A stretch of DNA of 64,000 nt from Bryobacteraceae bacterium (GTDB lineage Bacteria; Acidobacteriota; Terriglobia; Bryobacterales; Bryobacteraceae), in the NCBI GenBank assembly GCA_025980665.1, contig JAICXC010000009.1, positions 209-64,208 of the forward strand, read 5' to 3'. This document shows, piece after piece, positions 44,692 to 56,440 of this stretch (positions are counted from its first letter, which is position 1; each line of letters opens with the position of its first letter). Both the position numbers and the translations under genes were made by a program. Under the pieces are notes generated by a model. It saw only the letters and a list, made by a program, of their open reading frames with translations, was not told the origin of the DNA and searched no databases.

Positions 44692-45693
44692 TCACAGCGA
44701 GGCCACCTGGCGTAGGGTGATCGAATGGCGCGCGATCAGGGCTCGGAATTCGCGTGGCGTAATTCTTCGCGAAGCTCGAATGCGTCTCCGTGAGTTCAGT
44801 AAAGCCGGTAACCGAAACAATGCGGCGAGGTGGGCACGGATCACTAGCCACGGCAACATCGCCGACGAATGACCTTCGTGCCGGTATTCCGCCACTTTAC
44901 CGTGTCCGGTCAGCAGTGCAGCTACATGCCAGAAGTAACGTGCGATGGATGCGAACGGAGCCACCATCAACATGCCGGCAGGAAAGTTTTTGACGATCGT
45001 GTATAGCCGGTTGCGTTCCACATAGTAGGCCTTGAGCGGCGACGCGCGTCCGGCCGAGTGCGAATAAAGATGCTCCACCACGGCACCGGGCACATAGCGG
45101 CAACCCCAGCCGGCCCACTGCGCCCGCAATCCCAGGTCGGTGTCTTCGCAATACAAGAAGAAGCTTTCGTCGAACAACCCGATCTCGTCTAGCATCGCCC
45201 GGCGATACAACGCCGCCGACCCGCTCGGTAGAAAAACCCCCGCGTCTCGCAAAGGCGTCAGAGACGCTTGTTTGCTGGATCCGTCGGAGGCGATCAGCAT
45301 ACCCGCCGAATCGAGGTCTCCGGTTCCAGCCAGCCTCACTTCCGACGCGAACATGCCAGTGCGCGGATGCGCCTCTGCATCCGCCAGCAACCCTTCCAAC
45401 CAGCGCGGATCTGCGACCGCGTCGTCATTGAGCGTCGCCACGTAAGGGGCGGTTGAGGCACGAAAAGCCTGGTTCACGGCGGCGCCGAAGCCCACGTTGC
45501 ATGAATTCGAGATTACGCGCACGTGCCGGAATGCCTGAGGATTACATGCCTGTACGCCCCCGGTTCCGCTGTTGTCGATCACTACCACCTCGAACTCGTC
45601 CACAGTTTGCGATTCCAGCGCCCGCAGGCACGCCTCCAGCACCTCGCCGGCGGCCAAAGTCGGCACGGCCACGGTCACTTTCAAAGCAGGCAA
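44692..45693 (-). CDS. Glycosyltransferase family 2
   Basis: VTVAVPTLAAGEVLEACLRALESQT, VVVIDNSGTG, and LNDDAVA. Confidence 0.8.
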   Translation of the reverse strand: MPALKVTVAVPTLAAGEVLEACLRALESQTVDEFEVVVIDNSGTGGVQACNPQAFRHVRVISNSCNVGFGAAVNQAFRASTAPYVATLNDDAVADPRWLEGLLADAEAHPRTGMFASEVRLAGTGDLDSAGMLIASDGSSKQASLTPLRDAGVFLPSGSAALYRRAMLDEIGLFDESFFLYCEDTDLGLRAQWAGWGCRYVPGAVVEHLYSHSAGRASPLKAYYVERNRLYTIVKNFPAGMLMVAPFASIARYFWHVAALLTGHGKVAEYRHEGHSSAMLPWLVIRAHLAALFRLPALLNSRRRIRASRRITPREFRALIARHSITLRQVASL

Positions 45694-45702
45694 GAAATGA
45701 TT

Positions 45703-46488
45703 TTAACTTACAACGACTAGCGGATTCGTCTCTTCAGGCATTTCCACAGGGCCGTCATCAGGCAGATATCGGGCGTCAAGAAGACGATCCGTCTGAATGT
45801 TGCCCATGGCGGAAAGAAGCGATTCCTTCAAACGTGGATGCTCTTTTTCCAGCTCGCTCAAAATATCGCGTAGGGATCGTCGAACGGTCCCGGTGCGCTG
45901 CGAACAGCCGCAGGGAATCACCGGGGCTCCCAGCAATTCGGCGTATCGCGTGGTGATGTCCTCGGTCACGAATACCAGCGGCCGTATGAGCCGGAAGTCT
46001 TTCTTGCTGGACCACGTGACTGGCGGCAGCGCGCTGATGCGGCCGGTAAATAGGGCGTTGCGCAGAAACGATTCGCACAAATCGTCCGCCGTGTGGCCGA
46101 ACGCGATTACATTGGCTCCCAGTTCGCGCGCGATCTGATATACGGCCCGGCGCCGGAAGCGGCTGCACAGATCGCACCCATGATCCGGTTGCTCATCGAT
46201 CAGGCGGATCGAAGGATTGTCTGTATGGTAGGTCCAGTCGATGCCTCGGCCTTTGAGATACTCGCCCATCGGCTCGATGGGACGCAGGAACTTGCCTTGC
46301 TCAACCGTGAACGCGCACACCGTGAACTGGATCGGCGCGCGATCCCGAAGGAGAATCAACGCCTCCAGCATGGTGAGCGAATCCTTGCCGCCGGAAAGCG
46401 CCACGGCTACGCGGTCGCCGTCGCGAATCATCTTGAAACGCGTGACTGCCTCGCCGACCTTCCGCAATAGTGTTTTTTCGAGATCCAA
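45703..46488 (-). CDS. ttcA: tRNA 2-thiocytidine biosynthesis protein (PP-loop ATPase)
   Basis: PP-loop VALSGGKDS, and Cys motifs GCDLCSRFRR and IPCGCSQ. Confidence 0.85.
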   Translation of the reverse strand: MDLEKTLLRKVGEAVTRFKMIRDGDRVAVALSGGKDSLTMLEALILLRDRAPIQFTVCAFTVEQGKFLRPIEPMGEYLKGRGIDWTYHTDNPSIRLIDEQPDHGCDLCSRFRRRAVYQIARELGANVIAFGHTADDLCESFLRNALFTGRISALPPVTWSSKKDFRLIRPLVFVTEDITTRYAELLGAPVIPCGCSQRTGTVRRSLRDILSELEKEHPRLKESLLSAMGNIQTDRLLDARYLPDDGPVEMPEETNPLVVVS

Positions 46489-46495
46489 GCCTCTA

Positions 46496-47101
46496 TTATC
46501 GCTCCCAGAGCTCGGAAACCACTAACGCGCCGCGGGAATGGCTAGCTTTTATTAGGCGGAATCCGTGGGTTCTTAAGATGGGCCGATGATCCGTCAGCTT
46601 GCGGGTCCTGAGTCCCGTGGTAATCCCGAAAAACAAGTATAGAGCGCATACCAGCGATCGCGCGGGAATGTTTGGAGTCCGGAACTCCGAGACAATCCAC
46701 TGCGCTCCAGCCTTGGCCGAGTCGGCGACCCGGCCGATCAATATCTCCAAATCATCGGGGTCAAAGCAGTCGAAGAAGAAGTGGGTCGCGATCAGATCGT
46801 ATGCTTCCCGGGGAAAATCGAGCGTCAGTGCGTTGGCCTGCTCATAGTTCACCCGCTCCGTACCAGCTTTCTGCCGAGCCAGTTCGAGCATACGACGGCT
46901 CGAATCTACGTAATCCGCAAGAACCACGGGATTTCGCCGCAGCAACTCGCGCAGGAACCGCCCATCGCCGTCGCCCAGCACCAGAGCTCGTCGCGCATCC
47001 CCGATCTCCGGGAGAAACCAACGCCGCCGCTTTTCAAGCGCTCGTCCCATGCCCAGCCGTTCAATCCACCAATAATACGGAGCGATGAAATCGCAATTCA
47101 T
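46496..47101 (-). CDS. Class I SAM-dependent methyltransferase
   Basis: Motif I ALVLGDGDGRFLRELL. The ATG at 47101 overlaps the upstream stop (ATGA). The long Arg/Gly-rich N-terminal extension of the maximal ORF is rejected. Confidence 0.7.
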   Translation of the reverse strand: MNCDFIAPYYWWIERLGMGRALEKRRRWFLPEIGDARRALVLGDGDGRFLRELLRRNPVVLADYVDSSRRMLELARQKAGTERVNYEQANALTLDFPREAYDLIATHFFFDCFDPDDLEILIGRVADSAKAGAQWIVSEFRTPNIPARSLVCALYLFFGITTGLRTRKLTDHRPILRTHGFRLIKASHSRGALVVSELWER

Positions 47102-47868
47102 AGGACGACCGGTAGAAATAGGATCGGAGTGAGTAAGACGACGTCCGCCAGTACTCGCAAAGCTTCCGGTGAATACCGGCGTTGTAACCGGTCTAAGAGG
47201 ACCAATCCCAGCGCGCCCGCTGTTTCTGCGGCGCCCAGAATAGGCCGATGCTCTCTGAGCTGGCACACTGCGATTACCGCCACCAATCCCGCTGCCGCGA
47301 TTATGGATGGCCGAAGTTCGTGTCTCTGTTCCCAATCGTCGATGGCCGTGCAGTTCATCCAGCACAGGCAGGAGAACAGCAGGATCGCCAGAACGTCGCC
47401 GGTGGTCTGCACGCCGGGCCACGCCGCCAGCGAGGCTCCCAATCCGAATAAGACAGCGACGGCGGATTCCTTGGAGCCCGCGCGCCGCAGCAACCGGGGA
47501 GCCAGATGGACGGCCGCCAGATATAGGCCGGCACACAAAGCGACGACGGCCCCTTCAAAGAACAGTCGTCCAGGAAGTTGGCTCCAGGCCAGCCATGCGC
47601 CCCCGGCAAGCGCCACGATCCATATTGGTAGCACGGCACGCCAGTAACGCCCGTAGAACTCATGACGAGGTTGCTCTGTCACTCCACGCCATGCGTCCAG
47701 CGTACGGTCCGCCACGTAGATCAGCCAAACGGCGACGGCCAGTAGCGCCGCCGGAAGTGTTCCCAGGCTGCCATGAAAACAGCGGACAAACAGGACTTGC
47801 CACAGCAGCGCCACGATGGGCGCGTCCAGGCTCAAGAGATTCGGCCACAGCCAGGGCCGGGTGTGCAT
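47098..47868 (-). CDS. Polytopic membrane protein, possibly of the UbiA prenyltransferase superfamily
   Basis: About 8 TM helices. Asp-rich YVADRTLDAWRG after TM2 resembles a UbiA first motif. Weak assignment. Confidence 0.4.
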   Translation of the reverse strand: MHTRPWLWPNLLSLDAPIVALLWQVLFVRCFHGSLGTLPAALLAVAVWLIYVADRTLDAWRGVTEQPRHEFYGRYWRAVLPIWIVALAGGAWLAWSQLPGRLFFEGAVVALCAGLYLAAVHLAPRLLRRAGSKESAVAVLFGLGASLAAWPGVQTTGDVLAILLFSCLCWMNCTAIDDWEQRHELRPSIIAAAGLVAVIAVCQLREHRPILGAAETAGALGLVLLDRLQRRYSPEALRVLADVVLLTPILFLPVVL

Positions 47869-47877
47869 ATCTTTATT

Positions 47878-48447
47878 TTAAGAGGTCTGATTCCACAGCC
47901 GGATTACGCGGGTTTCGCGCTCGTACCCCAGCACACTTAGCGAAGCCGTGGAGAGCGCCAACAACTGTCCCGCCGAAGGTTCCAGGCCGATCCAGCGCGC
48001 TGCCAGTATCCGCAATAAATGTCCGTGGCCGAATAAGGCGACGTCTCCTGCGGAGGCGAGTGCCTTCGTGATAACGCGATTCGCGCGCACCGCGACCTGT
48101 TCCACCGTTTCGCCTTTCGGCACCGCGCCCGAGAAGATGGTCCATCCAGGAACGCGCTTCTGAATCTCGGCCGTCGTCAGGCCCTCGTAGTCGCCGTAAT
48201 CCCATTCGCGCAGGTCGTCAGTCAGCTCGGGAGTCAGGCCAACCAAGCGGCACGTCTCCACGGCGCGCTTCAACGGACTCGAAAGCACCAGCGCGAACGA
48301 CTGCCCAATCAGCATGCGCTTGAGGTTTTCGGCTTGGCGCTCTCCTTCAGATGTTAAAGGCAGATCCGTGCGCGACGTGTGTTGCCCCGACCGGCTCCAT
48401 TCCGTCTCGCCGTGCCTGACTAACCAAATTTCAGCGGGCATCTCCAT
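47878..48447 (-). CDS. Histidine phosphatase (phosphoglycerate-mutase-like) family protein
   Basis: IWLVRHGETEWSRSGQHTSRTDLPLTSEGERQA and the later GHGHLLRIL. Confidence 0.8.
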   Translation of the reverse strand: MEMPAEIWLVRHGETEWSRSGQHTSRTDLPLTSEGERQAENLKRMLIGQSFALVLSSPLKRAVETCRLVGLTPELTDDLREWDYGDYEGLTTAEIQKRVPGWTIFSGAVPKGETVEQVAVRANRVITKALASAGDVALFGHGHLLRILAARWIGLEPSAGQLLALSTASLSVLGYERETRVIRLWNQTS

Positions 48448-48471
48448 ACTGTAGCCGGTTAATATGAGAAG

Positions 48472-49251
48472 TTGACTCAACCCTTGATTGAATTCGAGAA
48501 CGTCTCCGTGATGCGCGGCGAGACGCTCGCCTTGAAAGAAGTTTCGCTGCGGATCGAGCTCGGCGAGCACGTGGCTATTCTGGGCCCCAACGGCTGCGGC
48601 AAATCCACGCTGATCAAGACCATCACCCGCGAATGCTATCCGCTGATGCGTGAGGGTTCCTCCGTCCGCATTATGGGCCGCGATCGCTGGAATGTTTTCG
48701 AGCTGCGCCAGTTCCTCGGCATCGTGTCGAGCGACCTGATGACTAGTTGTACTCGCGATGTCACAGGGCGGGATATTGCACTGTCAGGATTCTTTTCCAG
48801 CATCGGCATCTGGCCCCATCAGCTAGTCACGCCGGCGATGCATCGAAAAGCCGAGCAGGCTCTGGCGATGCTCGAAGTCTCGCACCTGGCGGACCGCTTT
48901 ACAGACGAGATGTCCTCCGGGGAAGCCCGGCGAGTGCTACTGGCGCGGGCTCTGGTTCACGATCCGCATGCTTTGATCCTCGACGAGCCTTCTACCGCGT
49001 TAGACCTGTTCGCCCAGCACGAGCTGCGCCAGATTTTCCGGAAACTAGCGAAAGCCGGCATCGGGTTGGTGATGGTAACCCATCATCTGTCCGATCTGAT
49101 TCCGGAGATTGACCGCGTGGTGTTGATCGACCAAGGCCGCATCGTCGCCGACGGCCCCAAGCGCGAGATCCTGGTCGCTCCAAAATTGTCTGAGCTATTT
49201 GGCTTGCCTTTAGAGTTGACGGAGCGCGACGGATATTACAATCTGTGGTGA
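48472..49251 (+). CDS. Stand-alone ABC transporter ATP-binding protein
   Basis: GPNGCGKSTL, MSSGEARRVLLARAL, and LILDEPSTALD. TTG start. No permease adjacent. Confidence 0.8.
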   Translation: MTQPLIEFENVSVMRGETLALKEVSLRIELGEHVAILGPNGCGKSTLIKTITRECYPLMREGSSVRIMGRDRWNVFELRQFLGIVSSDLMTSCTRDVTGRDIALSGFFSSIGIWPHQLVTPAMHRKAEQALAMLEVSHLADRFTDEMSSGEARRVLLARALVHDPHALILDEPSTALDLFAQHELRQIFRKLAKAGIGLVMVTHHLSDLIPEIDRVVLIDQGRIVADGPKREILVAPKLSELFGLPLELTERDGYYNLW

Positions 49252-49252
49252 A

Positions 49253-50695
49253 TTATTGCGACTGTGGCATCATCGTCTGAATTACTTTAAGCAGATTGGC
49301 GCGCTCCTCCGCATTGAGCTTGCCATCGTGGTCACGATCGAACAGCGCCAGCGCCATCCGCAGCCTAGGAATCATTGCGGGGGGAATCTCCTCCGGCAGA
49401 TCGTTTAGATTATCCGTAAGACGCACGAAATCTTCCACGTATTGCAAAACCACCGCGCGCTGAAACGGCTGGACGTCCTCGGGCGATGGCAGCACCAATC
49501 CCAGGAACGCCAGCGCCATTTCGTCCTTGGTTTGCTCGCCGAATCGCACGCGCACCGTCGGATTGGAAGGGTTGTGCGGATTCCCAGCCGAGTTGTCGTA
49601 GACATATTCCAACTCGATCTTGGTACCTTTCGGAAGCTTAATCGGCTGCTTATACCGATACTGCCCTTGCCAATTGAAATCCCAATCCTTGATCCAGATC
49701 AGAGGGATCACCGAGTCGTCCGGCAAGCGCGCGTTGACCTTCATGTCGGTCGCCAGATAATGCGCGTGCGGCGTGATGCCCCACAGTTCGGCATCCTGCG
49801 GCACGGTGACAGATGCCTTCACCACATAGTGCGGATCTCCCGCCGGAATATCCAGATACCGATTCACTACCAGCAGTAATGCCCGGCCTTTGGTGGGCGG
49901 ACCCGAGAACTTCAAGCCGATCGAGGATTGGTCCTGCTCCGGCTTGCCGGACGGATGATAGTGGATCTGGATGACCACGTCGGTGCCTGGCCGTACGGCT
50001 TGGGAAAGCGCCGGTTCCGCGGGCAGGGGAGTGTATCCGGGAGCCCATCCGACCAGCAGGCCAGCGCCCGTGAATCCCGGTCCTCCGAAACATGGATAAC
50101 CAGCCCCTCCGGATGCGGCCGCGAGTTTACGAGCGGTACCCGTGGAATCGAGAAAGATCAGCGCATGATGCACTACGCGCGGATTGCCGGGACGAAACTC
50201 AGCGCCGCTCACGTAGGATTCTTTAGCCAGATTCATCGGCAGCACGAAACATCGAAACTGATCCCGGCCGTCGGCCGCAAGGGTATAGGGAGCCGATAGC
50301 TTCAGCACTTGGTCTGGTTCACCGTCTTGCCATCCGCTCGGAAACGTGGGAATTGTCAGTTTGTCAGCCGCATCGCCTTCCTGGGCACCTGTCGCAGCCC
50401 ACTGCTGCAGTAGAGCGATTTGATCGTCCGTAAGCCGCCGAACGTGATCGAAATTTCCGTAACCCGGCTCCGGCTTCCAAGGCGGCATGTAGCGCTTCTT
50501 GGTGACCGTGGCGATCAGGGTCGCGCGTTTAGCGGCGTCCTGATACGTGAGGAGCGAAAACGGCGCCACTTCGCCCGGCCGATGGCATGTCGCGCAATTC
50601 TCGTAAAGAATTGGCGCGATATCTTTATTGAACGTCGGGGCAGCCGCCGCGGTAGTCGCCAACGCAGCCAATCCCCCTAGAAATAGAAACTTCAT
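49253..50695 (-). CDS. Fusion protein: N-terminal CxxCH haem module, copper type II monooxygenase-like core, C-terminal EF-hand-like loop
   Basis: FNKDIAPILYENCATCHRPGEVAPFSLLTY (planctomycete-type cytochrome c module). His clusters VVHHALIF, IQIHYHPSG and PHAHYLATDM (PHM/DBH-like Cu sites). DRDHDGKLNAEE near the C-terminus. Confidence 0.55.
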   Translation of the reverse strand: MKFLFLGGLAALATTAAAAPTFNKDIAPILYENCATCHRPGEVAPFSLLTYQDAAKRATLIATVTKKRYMPPWKPEPGYGNFDHVRRLTDDQIALLQQWAATGAQEGDAADKLTIPTFPSGWQDGEPDQVLKLSAPYTLAADGRDQFRCFVLPMNLAKESYVSGAEFRPGNPRVVHHALIFLDSTGTARKLAAASGGAGYPCFGGPGFTGAGLLVGWAPGYTPLPAEPALSQAVRPGTDVVIQIHYHPSGKPEQDQSSIGLKFSGPPTKGRALLLVVNRYLDIPAGDPHYVVKASVTVPQDAELWGITPHAHYLATDMKVNARLPDDSVIPLIWIKDWDFNWQGQYRYKQPIKLPKGTKIELEYVYDNSAGNPHNPSNPTVRVRFGEQTKDEMALAFLGLVLPSPEDVQPFQRAVVLQYVEDFVRLTDNLNDLPEEIPPAMIPRLRMALALFDRDHDGKLNAEERANLLKVIQTMMPQSQ

Positions 50696-51273
50696 TTGCT
50701 CTCTGGTTGTATTGAAATGTTGATTGAACACCCTACCGCACGTGTCCTGGCCTCTTTCGGAGCCTTCCCCTCCAATACGGCATCCAGGGCATTGCGAAGT
50801 TCCGGCTCCGTCGCGGCGTAGCGAGGATGCGTCAGATCCTCTACCTTATTGTCGACCCGCCCCAGATATAGAACCTCGCCGCTTGAGGACAGCACCGCCA
50901 CTTCGGGAGTCACCTTAGCGCCAGTCAGACGTGCCAGAGCCAGGTGGGAATCGTTCAGCATCGGGAAGCTGTAGCCGAACTCCTGAGCGTACTTCTTGAC
51001 GGCGGCATCGGACACCGTGTTATCCACCTGGACCGCATAAAACGCCACCCCGCGCGGTTCATAAGTCGCCCGCAGCCGGTTCATTTCTGGGACATAACCG
51101 TTGGCTAAGGGACAATCCGTCATGGTGAAGAATAGCACCACAGCTTTCTTGGCTCGCCACTCGTCGGACGTGTGCAGGGAACCGCTGGTATCGCGCAGCT
51201 CGAAGCGCACGGGCGCGGCAGCCGACAATGCCCCCACAATCATCAGTGGGAGAACAGATACGAACTTGCCCAT
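50692..51273 (-). CDS. Thioredoxin-fold redoxin (AhpC/TSA-like), secreted
   Basis: Signal peptide, then KKAVVLFFTMTDCPLANGYVPEMNRL. ATGA overlap with the downstream gene. Confidence 0.7.
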   Translation of the reverse strand: MGKFVSVLPLMIVGALSAAAPVRFELRDTSGSLHTSDEWRAKKAVVLFFTMTDCPLANGYVPEMNRLRATYEPRGVAFYAVQVDNTVSDAAVKKYAQEFGYSFPMLNDSHLALARLTGAKVTPEVAVLSSSGEVLYLGRVDNKVEDLTHPRYAATEPELRNALDAVLEGKAPKEARTRAVGCSINISIQPESK

Positions 51274-51324
51274 AGCGTCATCTCAATTATACGGCTAAGC
51301 CAGATACGCAGTTCAGACCAAAAC

Positions 51325-51353
51325 TTGACAATCATGCACTAAGATTGCATAAT
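51325..51353 (+). promoter_or_regulatory. Sigma-70-type promoter candidate for dnaK
   Basis: TTGACA (51325-30), 17 nt spacer, CATAAT (51348-53), about 50 nt upstream of the dnaK ATG. Confidence 0.5.
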
Positions 51354-51404
51354 GAATAAGGGCTAAATGATAGCCACAGACTTCTTGAGAGGAAGTGCCA
51401 TATA

Positions 51405-53330
<1,926 letters not shown>

Positions 53331-53343
53331 CTGACTTACTGTC

Positions 53344-53377
53344 GCCTGGCCGCTGGCCCCTGGTTGGCGGCCCAGGC
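53344..53377 (+). other. GC-rich imperfect hairpin between dnaK and dnaJ
   Basis: GCCTGGCCGC ... GCGGCC(C)AGGC with one bulge and no clear U-tract. Possible attenuator or processing site. Confidence 0.3.
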
Positions 53378-53392
53378 CGCCGACCCTTTCTT

Positions 53393-54562
53393 ATGGACTT
53401 TTACGAAACACTCGGGGTGAAACGGGATGCCGCGGTGGATGATATCCGCAAGGCTTACCGTAAGCTTGCGCGCAAACATCATCCCGATCTCAATCCCGGC
53501 GACAAAACGGCCGAAGACCGTTTCAAAAAGGTCCAGGAAGCCTACGACGTTCTTAGCGATCCGAAGAAGAAGCAGATGTACGATCAGGTCGGCTACTATT
53601 CGGAAAACGGGATGCCCAGCGGGGGGGCTGGAGCCGGAACCGGCAGTGGTCCGAATATGGGCTTCGGCGGCTTCGATTTCTCGGACGTGTTCTCGCGCGC
53701 GGGTACGCGCCCTCCTGGCGGAGCGCCCCCCTCAGGCTCAGGTGCGGGAGCGGGAAACTTCCAGGATATTTTCAACCAGTGGTTCAGCCGGAATGAGGGC
53801 GCTCCTCAGAAGACGCCGCAAAAAGGCACCGATCTCGAGTACGGACTGAATATCGATTTCTGGCAGGCCATTCGCGGGACGCAGGTTAAGCTCAGCGTGA
53901 CTCGCCAGGAAGCTTGCACCGCCTGTAACGGTACGGGAGCGCGCGCGGGTGCGAACGCCGTTTGTCCCGAATGCAACGGCAGCGGCAATGTGACCCAGGT
54001 CGCGGGCGCGATGCGCTTCAGTCTCACTTGCCCCCGCTGCGAGGGATCCGGACGGTTGGGAAATCGCTGTGCGGATTGCCATGGCGACGGCCGCATCTCG
54101 AAAACCGAGATCGTCGAAGTCCGCATCCCTCCAGGCGCCCAGCAGGGCTCTCGATTACGCGTCGCGGGCAAGGGCAATGCCGGAACCTTCGGGGCCCCCG
54201 CGGGGGATCTTTACATCACCGTCAGAGTGGAACCCCATCCGTTCTTCCGGCGCGATGGCGATGACATCGAAATTTCAGTGCCGGTCCGCATCGACGAGGC
54301 TGGTCTAGGTACCAAGATTGAAGTTCCGACCATTGATGGGCGAGCGCTGCTCAAGATTCCTCAAGGGACCAAGAACGGCCAGAAATTCCGGCTGCGAGAG
54401 AAGGGCGTGCTCAACGCGCGCACCGGAACGCGCGGCGATCAGATCGTCGAGGTGACCGTCGAGGCTCCCGTGGTCCAGGACGAGCGCACCAAGGAACTTC
54501 TGCGCGAATACGCGGGTCTCCATCCGGACGACCCGCGGGCTGAGATTTGGAGCAAGGTATGA
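53393..54562 (+). CDS. dnaJ: Molecular chaperone DnaJ
   Basis: J domain with HPD ([10 protein letters not shown]), a G/F region, and four CxxCxGxG zinc motifs. Confidence 0.95.
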   Translation: MDFYETLGVKRDAAVDDIRKAYRKLARKHHPDLNPGDKTAEDRFKKVQEAYDVLSDPKKKQMYDQVGYYSENGMPSGGAGAGTGSGPNMGFGGFDFSDVFSRAGTRPPGGAPPSGSGAGAGNFQDIFNQWFSRNEGAPQKTPQKGTDLEYGLNIDFWQAIRGTQVKLSVTRQEACTACNGTGARAGANAVCPECNGSGNVTQVAGAMRFSLTCPRCEGSGRLGNRCADCHGDGRISKTEIVEVRIPPGAQQGSRLRVAGKGNAGTFGAPAGDLYITVRVEPHPFFRRDGDDIEISVPVRIDEAGLGTKIEVPTIDGRALLKIPQGTKNGQKFRLREKGVLNARTGTRGDQIVEVTVEAPVVQDERTKELLREYAGLHPDDPRAEIWSKV

Positions 54563-54957
54563 GCCCAAAAAGGGAATCTCGCAAAGCCGCCTTCATGATC
54601 TCGGCTGTGGCCGAGCAGTACCAGTTGCATCCGCAGACGCTGCGACTGTATGAGCGCGAGGGGCTGCTGAAGCCATCTCGCAGCGACGGCAACACACGGC
54701 TTTATACCTCCGAGGATTTGGAGCGCTTGGAAGTGATCCTCAAGCTGACCCGCGACCTGGGCGTCAACCTGGCGGGCGTCGAGATCATCTTGAACATGCG
54801 TGAGAAGATGTCGGAGATGCAAAGGCAGATCGAAGCCTTCGTTTCCAGTCTCAACACAGAAATGTCGCAGCGCACCCGTACGGGCGCGTCAACATCACAA
54901 CCGTCGAATTCCCTGATTCCCGTGATTCAGGTCCGGCGTCCGAAGAAAACTCTCTAG
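54559..54957 (+). CDS. hspR: MerR-family heat-shock repressor, HspR-like
   Basis: [50 protein letters not shown] overlap with the dnaJ stop. Confidence 0.8.
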   Translation: MSPKRESRKAAFMISAVAEQYQLHPQTLRLYEREGLLKPSRSDGNTRLYTSEDLERLEVILKLTRDLGVNLAGVEIILNMREKMSEMQRQIEAFVSSLNTEMSQRTRTGASTSQPSNSLIPVIQVRRPKKTL

Positions 54958-55559
54958 ATCTTTCCCAGCATTTGCCCGCTGGACGCCCCAACGAACGCCG
55001 TGTATTCGGCTGATCCGGCGGTTTCGCCCCACATCACGCGCCACACCGGTTCCGGAAACCGCGGCGTAAACTCCAGCAGAAAGTTAACCGCCGGCTTGGT
55101 ACCGGGTTTATCCAGGTAAGCTGCGCTCTTGGCCTTTGCGGTTTCAAGCGCCGCCGGAGTATCGATGTGGAAAGCGCTCGCCTCAAACGGCTTTTCCTGG
55201 CCGCTGGGGCTCCACGCCTGTGCCTTCCCCGCGAACACGTCCTTATGTAATGTTTCCGAAGCTTCTATGGCCGACCAGGTGTAAATCTTGGCCTGCTGCT
55301 GAGCTTGCGACACGTAGATGATCTCCCAGGCGCCTGCTTTGCCGGGCTCCGCCGGAACGTCAGTGAGATGGATACTGCGGATGCGCAAGGGCAGGGAATC
55401 GCCCGCCCACGCCCGTGCCGCTGGATAGGTGTATCGGAACGCCTGCTCCGCAGTGATAGGAGCAGGCGGTTTTTCGGGCTCCTTAGACTTGGTTTCGGTC
55501 GGTGTCTCGGAACAGGCAGAAAGAAGAAGGACCACACTCAGGAAAGCAAAAACTCTCAT
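54954..55559 (-). CDS. Lipoprotein of unknown function
   Basis: Lipobox MRVFAFLSVVLLLSAC followed by a Ser/Thr/Pro/Lys linker. Confidence 0.6.
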   Translation of the reverse strand: MRVFAFLSVVLLLSACSETPTETKSKEPEKPPAPITAEQAFRYTYPAARAWAGDSLPLRIRSIHLTDVPAEPGKAGAWEIIYVSQAQQQAKIYTWSAIEASETLHKDVFAGKAQAWSPSGQEKPFEASAFHIDTPAALETAKAKSAAYLDKPGTKPAVNFLLEFTPRFPEPVWRVMWGETAGSAEYTAFVGASSGQMLGKI

Positions 55560-55636
55560 CTACTTCTACTGTCGGATGCCGCGGCGCGGAGTGTCAACTT
55601 TTCACACGGTTTCATCTTGGGCACAATAGAGTGACG

Positions 55637-56419
55637 ATGCATAAGTCATTGCAAAGCAAGGTTGCGATTGTGACCGGAGCGAGCCGCGGGATCGGACGTG
55701 CCATCGCCCTCCGCCTGGCGGCCGCGGGTTCGAAAGTGGTTCTCACTGCTCGCGATCAGCAACTGCTCGATGCAGCCGTTGCGGATATCCGTGTCGCAGG
55801 CGGCACCGCGGAATCCATCTCATTGGACCTGCGGGCGCCCGCTTCGGGCCAGCGTGTAGTGGAGTTCGCGATGGCTAAGTTCGGGCGTATAGACATCCTG
55901 GTGAACAACGCTGGCGCCACCAAGCGCGGCGATTTCCTGGACCTCAGCGACGACGATTTTGCCGATGGGTTCGCGCTGAAGTACTTCGGATCGGTTCGGC
56001 TGACGCGGGCTTCTTGGACACACCTCAAAGCCGCGTCCGGATCCGTCGTGTTCATCTCCGGTGCGGGCGGCCGGACGCCGGGCGCGCGGTTCACCATTGG
56101 CGGATCGGTCAACGCGGCGCTGCTGTCACTCACAAAAGCCCTGGCTGATCTGGGCTTGCGGGACGGCGTGCAAGTCAACGCCATCAATCCGGGTACGATC
56201 CGCACGGCTCGCTATACGGCGCGCTTGAACGCGCTGGCGAAAGAGCGCGCCCTCGATCCCGCGGCCGCCGAGCGCGAGTACGTCAAGAATGCCGCCATCG
56301 CCCGCATCGGGGAGCCGGAAGAGATCGCCGCGATGGTCGAGTTAATCGTCGGCCCCGAAGGCAAGATGTTCCACGGCTCGCTGATCGATATGGACGCGGG
56401 TTCGACCAAGACCATTTGA
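55637..56419 (+). CDS. Short-chain dehydrogenase/reductase (SDR)
   Basis: KVAIVTGASRGIGRAIA and NNAG. ATG at 55637. Confidence 0.85.
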   Translation: MHKSLQSKVAIVTGASRGIGRAIALRLAAAGSKVVLTARDQQLLDAAVADIRVAGGTAESISLDLRAPASGQRVVEFAMAKFGRIDILVNNAGATKRGDFLDLSDDDFADGFALKYFGSVRLTRASWTHLKAASGSVVFISGAGGRTPGARFTIGGSVNAALLSLTKALADLGLRDGVQVNAINPGTIRTARYTARLNALAKERALDPAAAEREYVKNAAIARIGEPEEIAAMVELIVGPEGKMFHGSLIDMDAGSTKTI

Positions 56420-56440
56420 ACGTGTCCCCGTTCGCGCCAT

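Noticed and set aside
32126-47536. Long N-terminal extensions of maximal ORFs: NnrS-like from 32126, asd from 35367, methyltransferase to 47536, USP to 8405, cytochrome to 26365, MtrA-like to 29255, MtrC-like to 31359, and GT2 to 44851.
   Set aside because: The extensions overlap the preceding gene in another frame, are Arg/Pro-rich, and are followed by an internal start that gives a proper signal peptide or conserved N-terminus, often with an RBS or an ATGA overlap. The shorter starts were used.
51300-51404. CIRCE (TTAGCACTC-N9-GAGTGCTAA) or a full HAIR (CTTGAGT-N7-ACTCAAG) operator upstream of dnaK.
   Set aside because: There is no CIRCE-like sequence. Only partial CTTGA half-sites are present, so a bona fide HAIR cannot be claimed.
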